A DNA stretch of 64,000 bases from an uncultured Paraprevotella sp. Its GTDB lineage: Bacteria; Bacteroidota; Bacteroidia; Bacteroidales; Bacteroidaceae. Below the pieces are notes generated by a model, which saw nothing but the letters and a program-made list of their open reading frames with translations, ran no database searches and had not been told where the DNA came from. The position numbers and the translations under genes were made by a program. The stretch is taken from NCBI GenBank assembly GCA_944321365.1, contig CALULA010000004.1, forward strand, positions 42,907 to 106,906. The letters are read 5' to 3'. This document shows, piece after piece, positions 20,469-30,268 of the stretch. Position 1 is the stretch's first letter, and each line of letters begins with the position of its first letter.

Positions 20469-20564
20469 TTGCGGAAGACCGGCAGAAGTCTTGCGGAAAA
20501 CCAACTGAAGTCTTGCGGAAAACCAACTGAAGTCTTGCGGAAGACCGGCGGAAGTCTTCCGCAA
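20469..20564. repeat. 22-bp tandem repeat array (locus B)
   Basis: Four full units ttgcggaa(g/a)acc...gaagtc at 20469, 20491, 20513, 20535, then ttccgcaa at 20557. Confidence 0.95.
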
Positions 20565-20642
20565 GAAATTTCCGGGTGGCGGGCGGTGGTGTCTTTTCCG
20601 CTGGTTTTGCGGTGCGCCGTGCGTGCGGAACGCGCCACCGCC

Positions 20643-23600
20643 TTATTTCCATCCTCCGCCCAAGGCTTTGTAGAGCTGGATGAGAGTCACCTGCTTGTCG
20701 CACACGGCATTGCTCAGCGACACCTGGGCGTCGAAGTAACTGCGCTGGGCGTCCAGCAGGTCCAGATAGCCGATCACTCCGTTGATGTATTGCAGCTGTG
20801 CCAGTTGCACGGCGGTATGTGCGGCCTCCGCCAGTTGGCGTCGCGACTCGTAGATGTCCTTCATCTTATTGAAACTGGTGATGGCGTCGTGCACTTCCCT
20901 GAATGCCTGTAGGACTACTTTCTCGTAGTGGGCCACAGCACCTTCGTAGGCCGCCTTGCTGGCTTTCAGCCGTGCCCGGTTTTTCCCGACGGAGAACAGC
21001 GGGCTGAGCAGTCCGCCTGCCACATAAGTGTAGGGCGACTTCAGCACATCCTTCAGCGCGTCGCTCTCTGTTCCCAGCGTGGCGGTCAGTGATAGTCGCG
21101 GAAACATGTTGGTGTAGGCCTGTCCTATGGCGGCATGGGCGGCGATGAGCTGCTGTTCGGCCTGCCGGATGTCGGGACGGCGTTCCAGCAGTGTCGAGGG
21201 AATGCCCATGGGCAGTGTGTCGGGCAGGTTGATTTCTGTGGGCAGAATGCTCCGTCTGATGGCATGAGGGTAGTCGCCGACGAGCAGTGAGATCTCGCTC
21301 TCCTTCAGGGCAATCTGTTGTTCCAGGTCGGGAACCATCGTGGCTGTTCTGGCCAGTTCCACTTGTGCCTGCTGATAGACGATTTCGGAGGTGAGTCCGC
21401 CCTTGAACCGGATTTCGGCCAGCCGGACACTTTCGCGGCGTGCATCAAGGGTGTGGCGCACGATGGTCAGTTCGTTGTCCAAGGCCATCAGTTCAAAATA
21501 GGCTTGTGCCACTTGGGCGACGATTGCCATACGTATGGCGCGGCAGTTCTCCACCGAAGCCAGAAATTCGGCCATGCTGCGGTCGCGTGCCCAACGCAGG
21601 TTGCCCCAAAGGTCAAGCTCCCACGAGATGTTGGCTTTCAGTCCGAATTCCGGGTCGGGGTCCAGATTGTGTCCTCCGTAATTGGTGGCTTCGCGGTTGG
21701 CTCCGGCCTCGGCGGTGGCCTGCGGGAACAGGTTGGCCACGTCTATGCGTCTCAAGGCTCCCAGCTCACCCATGCGCGAGGCGGCCTGCTTCAGGTCTTT
21801 GTTGTAGGTAAGGGCCTGCGTGAGCAATTGCTGCAGCGTGGTGTCGTTGTACAGTTCCCACCACGACAGGTCGGCTATGGAGGCCGAGTCGGTCTGCAGG
21901 CTGTCCGTCTGCTGTGGCAGGCGGAGGTCCGGACGGACATAGTGTTGGCCGAGCTGACAGGACGACAGGCCCAGACCGGCGGCGAGCAGCAGCATGCCGG
22001 TTTTCACGGATTTGTGGGCCAGCTTCTTGCGGGCCTTGTAGATCATGACGAAGAAGAACGGTACCAGCAATATGCCGACGGCCACCGCTGTTATCATGCC
22101 GAAGAATACGCCCGTGCCGATGGCGCGGCGGCTGGCAGAGCCTGGTCCCTCGGCGATGACCATGGGGAGCATGCCCAGGATGAAGGCCAGTGAGGTCATC
22201 AGGATGGGGCGGAAGCGGAGCCGGGCCGCATGCAGGGTGGAGGCCACCAGCTCGCCGCCGCGGTCTACTTCGTCCTTGGCGAACTCTACAATCAGAATGG
22301 CATTCTTGGCAGCCAGTCCGACCAACATCACCAGCCCGATCTGGAAGTAGATGTCGTTCTCCAGTCCGCATACCGCCACGCCGACATAGGCACCGAGTGC
22401 GGCTACAGGTAGCGACAGCAATACCGCGACAGGCACGGTCCAGCTCTCATACAGGGCCGAGAGGAAGAGGAATACGAACAGGAACACCAGGGCCAGGACC
22501 AGTCCGGTCTGCCCGCCGGCTTGTTTCTCCTGATAAGACAGTCCGCTCCATTCCACGCCGATGTTATCCGGCAGATGCTCGCGGGCAATCTGCTCGATGA
22601 TGTCCATGGCCTGTCCGGAACTGTAACCGTCGGCGGCGTTGCCGCGGATGACGGCACTGTTGAACATGTTGAAGCGTTTGATGCTGCCCGGTCCTGTGGT
22701 GTAGGAGGTAGTTCCCAGCGACGTAAGCGGTATCATGGAGCCGTCCTCTCCGCGGACAAAGAAGAGGTTGATGTTCTCCGGATGGGCGCGGTAGGGAGCT
22801 TCGGCCTGGATGTATACGCGGTAGATGCGGTTGAACATGTTGAAGTCGTTCACGTAGACCGACCCTGTGTAGGCTTTCATGGTGGAGAACACGTCCGACA
22901 TTGGCACGCCGGACAGGCGCACCTTGTCGCGGTCCACGTCGAAATAGAGCTGCGGAATCTCGGCCTGCAGCGAGGACGACACGCCGGAAAGCTCCTTGCG
23001 CTGCGCGGCATAGTGCAGCAGGGTGTCGGTGGCCTGCACCAGATTGTCGAACGTGGCATCGCCGCGGGCCTCCAGCTGCATCTCAAAGCCGCCGGAGGTG
23101 CCCAGTCCGGGGATGACCGGCGGTGTGGACAGATAGACTTTGCATTCGGGATATTCCGTGAAGTGTGCTTTCACCTCGGCCATGATGTTGTCTATTGTCG
23201 TGTGGTCGCGTTCCTTATAAGGCTTCAGAATGACGGTCAGTTCGCTGCGCGACTGGCTGGTGCCCACGCGAGGGCTGGTGCCGGTGACGTTCTGCACATA
23301 CTCTACGGCAGGATGCTTCATCAGGTAGCGGACGGCCCGGTCTGTGACCTGGCGCGTGCGTTCCAGCGTGGCACCTTCCGGCAGTTCCAGCTCCACCTTG
23401 AAATATCCCTGGTCCTCCACCGGCAGGAAGCTGGATGGCACAAGGCGGTGCAGAATGAAAATCAGGCCGATGATGAGACAGAAGTTCAGAATGATTCTTT
23501 TGGGATGGGCCAGCACGTGCTCTATACCTTTTATATAATGGTTGTTGCCGGAGGCCAGCCATTGGTTGATTTTGCGGAACACGACGTTTTTGGGACGGTC

Positions 23601-25109
23601 GGGATCGGCGGGTTTCAGGATGAGCGAGCACATCACCGGACTGAGGGTCAGGGCCACGATGGTGGAGATGAGCACCGAAACGACGATGGTGATGGTGAAC
23701 TGCCGGTAGAGCTGCCCCGTGATGCCCGGCAGGAAGCTCACGGGCACAAACACGGCGGCCAGCACCAGCGAGGTGGCTATCAAGGCACCGGCCAGTCCGT
23801 TCATGGCTTTCTTGGTGGCTTCGTAGGCCCCGATGCGTTCCTGCTGCATGATGTGTTCCACATTTTCCACTACCACGATGGCGTCGTCCACCACGATACC
23901 GATGGCCAGGATGAGGCCCAGCAGGGTGAGCATGTTGAGCGAGAAGCCGAAAATCAGCATGAATCCGAACGTGCCGATCAAGGAGATGGGCACGGCGATG
24001 ACCGGTATGAGTGTGGCGCGCCAGCTTTGCAGGGAAAGGAACACCACGAAGATGACCAGCACCAAAGCCTCGAACAGCGTCTTGTAGACCTCATGGATGG
24101 ATTCCGATATGTAGGTAGTCATGTCGAACGGCACTTCATACGTCAGTCCTTCAGGGAAATTCTTGCTGATGTCTTCCATGGCGTTCTTCACGTTGTCGGC
24201 CACTTCCATGGCGTTGGCTCCCGGCAGCATGTAGATGCCCAGCACGGCGGCATTTCCGCCGTTGATGCCGCTCTCGGTGTTGTACGACTGTGCTTCGAGC
24301 GACACACGCGCCACATCGCGCAGACGGATGAGCGAGCCGTCGGCATTGGCCCGCAGAACAATCTCCTCGAATTGCCCGACAGTGGACAGACGTCCCTTGG
24401 TGGAGACGGGAATGGTGATGTCCAGTCCGCTGACCGGTTGCTGTCCGAAGACGCCGGCTGCCGACTCGCGGTTCTGGTCCTTCAGCGCGTTCTGGATGTC
24501 CTGGACGGTCAGGCCGAAGTTGGCCAGCTTGTCGGGCTGCACCCAGATCTGCATGGCGTAGTAGCGGCTGCCGATGTTGGACACGCGCCCCACGCCCGGA
24601 ATGCGCCGCAGCACGTCCACCACGTTGATGGTGGCGAAGTTGCTCAGGTAGATTTCATCGAACTTCGGGTCGTCCGAGGTCAGACAGATGGTCATCAGCT
24701 GGCTGGGGGCCTGTTTCTCTACCGAGATTCCGTTCTGTATCACTTCGGCAGGCAGGCGCGATTCGGCCAGCTTCACGCGGTTCTGTATCTCTACGGCGGC
24801 CAGGTCGGGGTCGGCAGAGATGTCGAAGGTCACGGTGGCCGAGAAACCGCCGGAGTTGGAGCTGTTGGACTCCATGTAGAGCATGCCCGGCGTGCCGTTC
24901 AGCTCCTGCTCGATGGGCGTGGCCACGGCCTGCGACACCGTGAGCGCACTGGCTCCCGGATACGATGCGCTGATCTTGACCACCGGAGGAGTGATTTGCG
25001 GATATTGGTCTATGGGCAGCAGGGTCAGTCCGATGAAGCCCACGATGACTATCAGGATGGAGATGACCGCAGAGAGTACCGGACGGTCGATGAAATAGGT
25101 CACTTTCAT
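20643..25109 (-). CDS. RND efflux permease (AcrB/HAE1) fused in-frame to a TolC/NodT outer-membrane factor
   Basis: AIGIVVDDAIVVVEN, KNAILIVEF, RFRPILMTSLAF (AcrB); then LGLSSC lipobox, SWELDLWG and YINGVIGYLDLLDAQ...LYKALGGGW (OMF). Confidence 0.92.
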   Translation of the reverse strand: MKVTYFIDRPVLSAVISILIVIVGFIGLTLLPIDQYPQITPPVVKISASYPGASALTVSQAVATPIEQELNGTPGMLYMESNSSNSGGFSATVTFDISADPDLAAVEIQNRVKLAESRLPAEVIQNGISVEKQAPSQLMTICLTSDDPKFDEIYLSNFATINVVDVLRRIPGVGRVSNIGSRYYAMQIWVQPDKLANFGLTVQDIQNALKDQNRESAAGVFGQQPVSGLDITIPVSTKGRLSTVGQFEEIVLRANADGSLIRLRDVARVSLEAQSYNTESGINGGNAAVLGIYMLPGANAMEVADNVKNAMEDISKNFPEGLTYEVPFDMTTYISESIHEVYKTLFEALVLVIFVVFLSLQSWRATLIPVIAVPISLIGTFGFMLIFGFSLNMLTLLGLILAIGIVVDDAIVVVENVEHIMQQERIGAYEATKKAMNGLAGALIATSLVLAAVFVPVSFLPGITGQLYRQFTITIVVSVLISTIVALTLSPVMCSLILKPADPDRPKNVVFRKINQWLASGNNHYIKGIEHVLAHPKRIILNFCLIIGLIFILHRLVPSSFLPVEDQGYFKVELELPEGATLERTRQVTDRAVRYLMKHPAVEYVQNVTGTSPRVGTSQSRSELTVILKPYKERDHTTIDNIMAEVKAHFTEYPECKVYLSTPPVIPGLGTSGGFEMQLEARGDATFDNLVQATDTLLHYAAQRKELSGVSSSLQAEIPQLYFDVDRDKVRLSGVPMSDVFSTMKAYTGSVYVNDFNMFNRIYRVYIQAEAPYRAHPENINLFFVRGEDGSMIPLTSLGTTSYTTGPGSIKRFNMFNSAVIRGNAADGYSSGQAMDIIEQIAREHLPDNIGVEWSGLSYQEKQAGGQTGLVLALVFLFVFLFLSALYESWTVPVAVLLSLPVAALGAYVGVAVCGLENDIYFQIGLVMLVGLAAKNAILIVEFAKDEVDRGGELVASTLHAARLRFRPILMTSLAFILGMLPMVIAEGPGSASRRAIGTGVFFGMITAVAVGILLVPFFFVMIYKARKKLAHKSVKTGMLLLAAGLGLSSCQLGQHYVRPDLRLPQQTDSLQTDSASIADLSWWELYNDTTLQQLLTQALTYNKDLKQAASRMGELGALRRIDVANLFPQATAEAGANREATNYGGHNLDPDPEFGLKANISWELDLWGNLRWARDRSMAEFLASVENCRAIRMAIVAQVAQAYFELMALDNELTIVRHTLDARRESVRLAEIRFKGGLTSEIVYQQAQVELARTATMVPDLEQQIALKESEISLLVGDYPHAIRRSILPTEINLPDTLPMGIPSTLLERRPDIRQAEQQLIAAHAAIGQAYTNMFPRLSLTATLGTESDALKDVLKSPYTYVAGGLLSPLFSVGKNRARLKASKAAYEGAVAHYEKVVLQAFREVHDAITSFNKMKDIYESRRQLAEAAHTAVQLAQLQYINGVIGYLDLLDAQRSYFDAQVSLSNAVCDKQVTLIQLYKALGGGWK

Positions 25110-25119
25110 GGCGGTCGTC

Positions 25120-26322
25120 TTACTGGATTGCGGTTGTTGTCGTATCTTTCTTCTCCTCCGCTGTCTGGCGGCTGCGTCTGACCTTCATGCCCGGCGTGAG
25201 CTTGTGGTAGCCTTCGGTGACGATCTGTTCCTGCGGGGCCAGTCCGCGTTCCACCACCACATTGTTGCCGAACTCAGGTCCCAGCTCGATGAAACGCCGT
25301 TCTACGGTGGAGTCCTTGCGCACGACGAAGATATAAGCACCGCCCTTCTCGATGATGAGAGCCTTTTGCGGAACAACCGTAGCGTTCTCGCGGACGTCGA
25401 GCAGGGCCTTGACTTTGGTGAACTGTCCGGGCAGCAGCACGTGTCCGGGGTTAGGCATCTCGGCGCGGACGGAGAATGTGCCCGTGCGCGGGTCTACCTG
25501 CGGTTCGGCGAAATCCACCAGACCTTCGTAGGGATAGGTCGTGTTGTCCGGCAGGGTGATGGTCACCGTGGGCTGCCAGGAGCGGTTCTGGTCTTTCTGT
25601 CCGATGTTGACGTTGCGTTCCTTGCTCTTCAGGTAGTCCAGTGCTGTCATGCTGAAGTCCACCAGTACGGTATCGCTCTTGACAATGGTGGCCAGCAGCG
25701 ACTTACCCCCCGTGCCTACCAGTGTGCCGAGGTCTACATGCCGCTCGCTGATGTGTCCGGAGATGGGGGAGCGCACGATGGTGTAGCCCAGTTCCTGTTC
25801 CGCCTGATCCAGGTCGGCCTGGCTCATGCCCACGCTGGCCACCGCCGTCTCGTAGGCGGCTACGGCGTTGTCCAGATCCAGCTGGCTGGCTGCGTTCTGT
25901 TCGTATAGCGGGCGGATGCGGTCCAGATCCCGTTTAGCTTTCCGTGCCTGCGCTTCGTCCTTTTTCAGCTGTGCCCGTGCCTTGTCGGCCTTGGCGCGGT
26001 ACTGCCGCTGGTCGATGATGAACAGCACCTGGTTGCGGGTGACATACGTGCCCTCCTCGAACAGCATCTGTTCCAGGAATCCCTCTACGCGGGCCCGCAC
26101 TTCCACGAACTGCTGGGCGCGTATGCGGCCTACGTATTCGCCGTAGATCTCAACGTTCTGTTGCTGTACGGGCATGACGGACACGACCGGATATTCCGGT
26201 TCCGGCTGTTTCTCCCTCGTCAGGAAATAGTAAAGGACGAAAAGGGCTGCCATGCACAGCAGGGCATACATCAGTCTTTTCTTTCTGAGTCTGAAGTTTC
26301 TCTTATAAGACAGATATTTCAT
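25120..26322 (-). CDS. RND membrane fusion protein (AcrA family)
   Basis: VEVRARVEG, IVRSPISG, VDPRTGTFSVRA, VPQKAL; promoter at 26458-26465. Confidence 0.95.
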   Translation of the reverse strand: MKYLSYKRNFRLRKKRLMYALLCMAALFVLYYFLTREKQPEPEYPVVSVMPVQQQNVEIYGEYVGRIRAQQFVEVRARVEGFLEQMLFEEGTYVTRNQVLFIIDQRQYRAKADKARAQLKKDEAQARKAKRDLDRIRPLYEQNAASQLDLDNAVAAYETAVASVGMSQADLDQAEQELGYTIVRSPISGHISERHVDLGTLVGTGGKSLLATIVKSDTVLVDFSMTALDYLKSKERNVNIGQKDQNRSWQPTVTITLPDNTTYPYEGLVDFAEPQVDPRTGTFSVRAEMPNPGHVLLPGQFTKVKALLDVRENATVVPQKALIIEKGGAYIFVVRKDSTVERRFIELGPEFGNNVVVERGLAPQEQIVTEGYHKLTPGMKVRRSRQTAEEKKDTTTTAIQ

Positions 26323-26620
26323 GATGAAAAACCGATAAAGTCATGTGCCATGTGGATTTTTCGCACCGGTACGAAACGGCGAAGCGTTGCAGCTGCATCT
26401 TTGGGTTGTCAGTGCCGGATGGGTTGCCGTTCCGTCTGCACATGCCGAAATGACGTGCAAAAGTAGTGCGTTTCCGGCTATTTACGCAAATATTCTTTCT
26501 AAAAAAAGGCTAATGGCAATCTTTTTTTGACGTGCCCATGGTTGCGTGAGGCCGGGAGGGCACCGGGATGGAAAACCTCCGTTTCCGTCAGAAAAATCCG
26601 GCGGAGGGCCGTCCGTTTCT

Positions 26621-26704
26621 TTATCTCTAACCTAAAGATATATATCTTTAGCCTGGACATATATATCCTTAGGCTGGAGATGCATATCCTTAGCCTGAGG
26701 ATAG
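26621..26704. repeat. Four 21-bp degenerate tandem repeats (ATATCyTTAGsCTG...)
   Basis: Units start at 26621, 26642, 26663, 26684; contains the perfect palindrome TAAAGATATATATCTTTA (26633-26650). Confidence 0.85.
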
Positions 26705-26831
26705 AGTTTCCGGCGGCGGCTCTGCAGGTTTGTCTCCGCAGCCGTCGTTTTGTCATTCACGTCGTCTGCGTTTTGGGGTTTCTGCCCGTCCGGGTCTGTT
26801 TCTGCCTGATGGCCTCTGGGCGACCGTCTTT

Positions 26832-27737
26832 TCAGTCCGGAATGTTGCGCATGCGTCTGCGGATGGCGTTCGATTCGCCGAGCAATTGGATGAACTTCAA
26901 GGCTGAATGTTTGTGGTAGGCGTTTTTCAGTGTATGGATGCATCCTTCCATTTCGTTCTCTTTGATGTCCAGGGGGATGGCTTTCACGCCGGGCGTGTCG
27001 TGGATGGTTGCTTCGGAAAGGATGGAGACGAGGTCGCTTTGTTTGAGGAGTTTCAGCAGGATGTTCACTTCATTCAGTTCCACCCGTACCTGAAAATGGT
27101 AGTCTTTGTTCTGGAAGAACTGTTCGAGCGTGTTCCGTGCCTGCAGTCCTTTGGCCGGCATGGCGAACTCATATTGTTCCAGTTCGCTGAGTGACACTTT
27201 GGTTTTCCGGGCCAGTTTGTGTCCGGAGCGGACGATGACGGACAGATGGTTGTCGAACAGAATCTGCGACTCTATCTGCTCGTAACGGCGTGTGGGCTTG
27301 AAGGCCAGCACGAAATCCACTTCGCGCCGCACCAGCATCTGCATGAGTTCCGTCATGGTCTTGTAGTGTATGTTGAGCTGCACTTTCGGGTATTGCTTCA
27401 TGAAGGTCAGGACGGTCTCGGTCAGGATGGGGCTGAAAGAGTAGGTCACGCCGATGTTGAGCGTTCCGGTGAGCAGCTGTTGCAGGTCGCGCAGGTGCTC
27501 TTTGCAGGTTTGGGCGGCGTAGAGCGTCTCTTTGGCATAGGGCAGCAGTTCGTTGCCGGCTTCTGTCAGTGCCACTTCATGGCTGTTTCGTTGGAACAGC
27601 TGGATGTCCAGTTCGTTCTCCAGCTGTCTGATTTGCTGTGACAGCGTGCTTTGTGTGATGAACAGCTGTTTGGCGGCTTCGGAGAAGTTGAGCGTCTCTG
27701 CCGCCTTGACGAAATATCGGAGTTGTCGTAGTTCCAT
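26832..27737 (-). CDS. LysR family transcriptional regulator
   Basis: MELRQLRYF...NFSEAAKQLFITQSTLSQQIRQLENELDIQLFQR HTH plus substrate-binding domain. Confidence 0.97.
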   Translation of the reverse strand: MELRQLRYFVKAAETLNFSEAAKQLFITQSTLSQQIRQLENELDIQLFQRNSHEVALTEAGNELLPYAKETLYAAQTCKEHLRDLQQLLTGTLNIGVTYSFSPILTETVLTFMKQYPKVQLNIHYKTMTELMQMLVRREVDFVLAFKPTRRYEQIESQILFDNHLSVIVRSGHKLARKTKVSLSELEQYEFAMPAKGLQARNTLEQFFQNKDYHFQVRVELNEVNILLKLLKQSDLVSILSEATIHDTPGVKAIPLDIKENEMEGCIHTLKNAYHKHSALKFIQLLGESNAIRRRMRNIPD

Positions 27738-27750
27738 GTCGTTGAGTCTG

Positions 27751-28242
27751 TTAGCGGGTGGCTTTGAATGAGGTGTTCTTGAACAGGAAGATGGGGACCG
27801 TTGCCCCGATGACCATGCACAGGATGATGAACGTGCACGTCAGTCCGTTGTAGGATAAGAGATAGAAGTAGTGGCTGAATGCTTCTTCTTCCTGATGGGT
27901 CAGGCAGAGCAGCAGGGCTTCTATGGTGCGGTAGGCGTACATGCCCGGAATCATGGGCAGCAGGGCGGGGAAGGAGAAGGTCTCGGCCGGGCATTTGGCG
28001 CGCGGGGCAAGGAATACGGTCAGCACGCCGATGGCCAGCGATGCGATGAAGCTGGCACCGATGATGTGCATCTCGCCATACGGGTTGTGGGTCAGCACGT
28101 AGCGCGTGGCGTGCCCTATGGCGGCGATGAGGGCGCAATATCCGTACGCCTGGCGCGGCGGGTTGCTGATGCTGGCGAAGCCTATGGCGGCTATGGCTGC
28201 GAAGAAACCGTCCTGGAGGATGTGAAAAAAGTAGGTCGTCAT
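27751..28242 (-). CDS. Threonine/serine exporter family protein (ThrE C-terminal half)
   Basis: PALLPMIPGMYAY motif, TM helices. Confidence 0.88.
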   Translation of the reverse strand: MTTYFFHILQDGFFAAIAAIGFASISNPPRQAYGYCALIAAIGHATRYVLTHNPYGEMHIIGASFIASLAIGVLTVFLAPRAKCPAETFSFPALLPMIPGMYAYRTIEALLLCLTHQEEEAFSHYFYLLSYNGLTCTFIILCMVIGATVPIFLFKNTSFKATR

Positions 28243-28245
28243 GTT

Positions 28246-29061
28246 CTAAAGCCATTTGATGTTCATGAGTAGAAGGCCGCCGCACAGACCGGCCGACAGG
28301 CAGGCTGTCAGGACTATTGCGTTCATGAGGCGGCTGAAAGAGCTGATGTAGTGGCCGTCCAGCAGGTCGCTCACCGAGTTGATGTAGGGAATGCCCGGAA
28401 TGAGGTAGAGCACACTGGTGGCCAGTGCGACGTCCGGTGTTTCGCCCCATTGGAACACATATCCGGCGGAGCCGATGACGGAAGAGAAAAATGCGCAGCA
28501 GAAGAAGACGAAGCGCGCGTCCAGCCCGTCTTCCAGCATGATTTGTTTCAGTCGGTAACCGGCAAGGGTGCCTGCCAGCACTGTCAGCATGGCCGTAAAG
28601 TCCCCGCCGAACAGCCGGCAGAAAGACATGTTTGCCAAAGAAGCCAGCAGCCATACCATCCATTTGTTGGCCGGACGGGTGCAGGTGATTTCCCTGTATG
28701 TGCGGCGGGCTTCCTCGAAATCCGTCTTATTGTCGGCTATGGCCCAGCTGAGTTTGCTCAACTGCGTGTTGATGTTGAAGCTGATGCCGGTGTGGCGCAG
28801 CCTGACGATGTTGCTGTAAGAGTGGCTGCGGTCTTTGTTCCATACGGTCATGTGGATGTGCGAGGGCAGAATGGTCATTTCAGACAGGAGCTCCCAGCGT
28901 TCGGCCATGCGCCTCACGTTCTTCTCGATGCGTATGCATGTGGCGCCGCAACCCAGCAGGCATGCCGCATAGTCCGAAAGGAATATGCAGGCTGTTTTGG
29001 GGTCGGGGAGGTTTTCTCCGGCATGGTTGTCCTCACACCTCTTCGTCGTCGTAGTCGTCAT
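28246..29061 (-). CDS. Threonine/serine exporter ThrE family protein (N-terminal half)
   Basis: LLGCGATCIRIE, LYLIPGIPYINSVSDLLDGHYISS. Confidence 0.88.
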   Translation of the reverse strand: MTTTTTKRCEDNHAGENLPDPKTACIFLSDYAACLLGCGATCIRIEKNVRRMAERWELLSEMTILPSHIHMTVWNKDRSHSYSNIVRLRHTGISFNINTQLSKLSWAIADNKTDFEEARRTYREITCTRPANKWMVWLLASLANMSFCRLFGGDFTAMLTVLAGTLAGYRLKQIMLEDGLDARFVFFCCAFFSSVIGSAGYVFQWGETPDVALATSVLYLIPGIPYINSVSDLLDGHYISSFSRLMNAIVLTACLSAGLCGGLLLMNIKWL

Positions 29062-29401
29062 ACAGGGCGTTTTCGTTTTCTATTTCCAATATTTTGCTGT
29101 CGCCGGTCTCTCTGCGCATTTTCTGTATGCTGCGGATGATGAACACCAAAAGTAGGAATCCTACGGTTAAAATCCAAACAGTAGTCTGATTATTCATGAC
29201 AATTTTATTTTTCCGGCTGCAAAAGTAAGGGGAATCTGCAGGAAAACGAAATTTTCATGTACGGAAGTTTCGATAACCGCTATCGCTGCAATCTGACGTT
29301 TGCTATCGAAAATAATTATCGTCAAAAAGTATTTCCCGACCTTGGCTGTCTGCAAAAAAACGCTATTTTTGCAGACACTTGTTTAACGTGGAGACGAATT
29401 T

Positions 29402-30199
29402 ATGCATACAAGAGAAGAGAAGTTGGAAGCATTCGGGCGTTTTCTCGACGTGCTCGATACGCTGCGCGAGAAATGCCCGTGGGACAGAAAGCAGACCAAC
29501 GAGAGCCTGCGCCCCAATACGATTGAGGAGACGTTTGAACTGTGCGACGCCCTGATGAAGAACGACAAGGCGAACATCTGCAAGGAGCTGGGCGACGTGC
29601 TGCTGCACGTGTGCTTCTATGCCAAGATTGCGAGCGAGACGGACGATTTCGACATTGCAGACGTGTGCAACCGGTTGACGGACAAACTGATATTCCGCCA
29701 TCCGCATGTCTATGGCGAGGTGAAGGCCGACACGGCCGGCGAGGTGACGCAGAACTGGGAGCAGATCAAACTGAAAGAGAAAGGCGGCAACAAGAGTGTG
29801 CTGGGCGGTGTGCCTGATGCCTTGCCGTCGCTCATCAAGGCATATCGCATACAGGACAAGGCCCGCAACGTGGGCTTCGACTGGGAACAGAAGGAAGACG
29901 TGTGGGACAAGGTGCGCGAGGAGCTGGGCGAGCTGGAGACTGAACTGGCCGGAGAAGACCGCGACAGGGCCACGGACGAGTTCGGCGACTTCCTGTTCAG
30001 CGTCGTCAATGCCGGGAGGCTCTATCACATCAATCCCGACAATGCGCTGGAGCGCACGAACCGCAAGTTCATCCGCCGCTTCAACTACGTGGAGCAGCAC
30101 TCCATCCGCCAGGGACGTCCGCTCAAGGACATGACGCTGGCCGAGATGGACGCCCTCTGGAATGAGGCCAAAGAACTGGAGCGGCGCGGCGAGCTGTGA
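29402..30199 (+). CDS. mazG: Nucleoside triphosphate pyrophosphohydrolase MazG
   Basis: LREKCPWDRKQT, EETFE, ELGDVLL, KLIFRHPHV, EFGDFLF; promoter at 29364-29371. Confidence 0.97.
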   Translation: MHTREEKLEAFGRFLDVLDTLREKCPWDRKQTNESLRPNTIEETFELCDALMKNDKANICKELGDVLLHVCFYAKIASETDDFDIADVCNRLTDKLIFRHPHVYGEVKADTAGEVTQNWEQIKLKEKGGNKSVLGGVPDALPSLIKAYRIQDKARNVGFDWEQKEDVWDKVREELGELETELAGEDRDRATDEFGDFLFSVVNAGRLYHINPDNALERTNRKFIRRFNYVEQHSIRQGRPLKDMTLAEMDALWNEAKELERRGEL

Positions 30200-30218
30200 C
30201 AGGCTGCGGTGTCGGCGG

Positions 30219-30263
30219 CAAAGGTCTCCCCGCTCTATTCGTTGTGGAGCGGGGAGACCTTTG
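30219..30263. terminator. Bidirectional terminator between mazG and the DUF1593 gene
   Basis: 17-bp perfect stem CAAAGGTCTCCCCGCTC/GAGCGGGGAGACCTTTG. Confidence 0.8.
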
Positions 30264-30268
30264 TATGT

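Noticed and set aside
20469-20564. Possible CRISPR mini-array
   Set aside because: The 22-bp period leaves no room for a repeat plus a ~30-bp spacer, spacers are duplicated, and there are no cas genes.
22521-25181. 886-aa ORF antisense to the RND permease
   Set aside because: Typical antisense shadow; no promoter or domain evidence.
26499-26943. Short ORFs with LKIYIFRLEI heptads on both strands
   Set aside because: Products of the 21-bp DNA repeat; unlikely to be real proteins.
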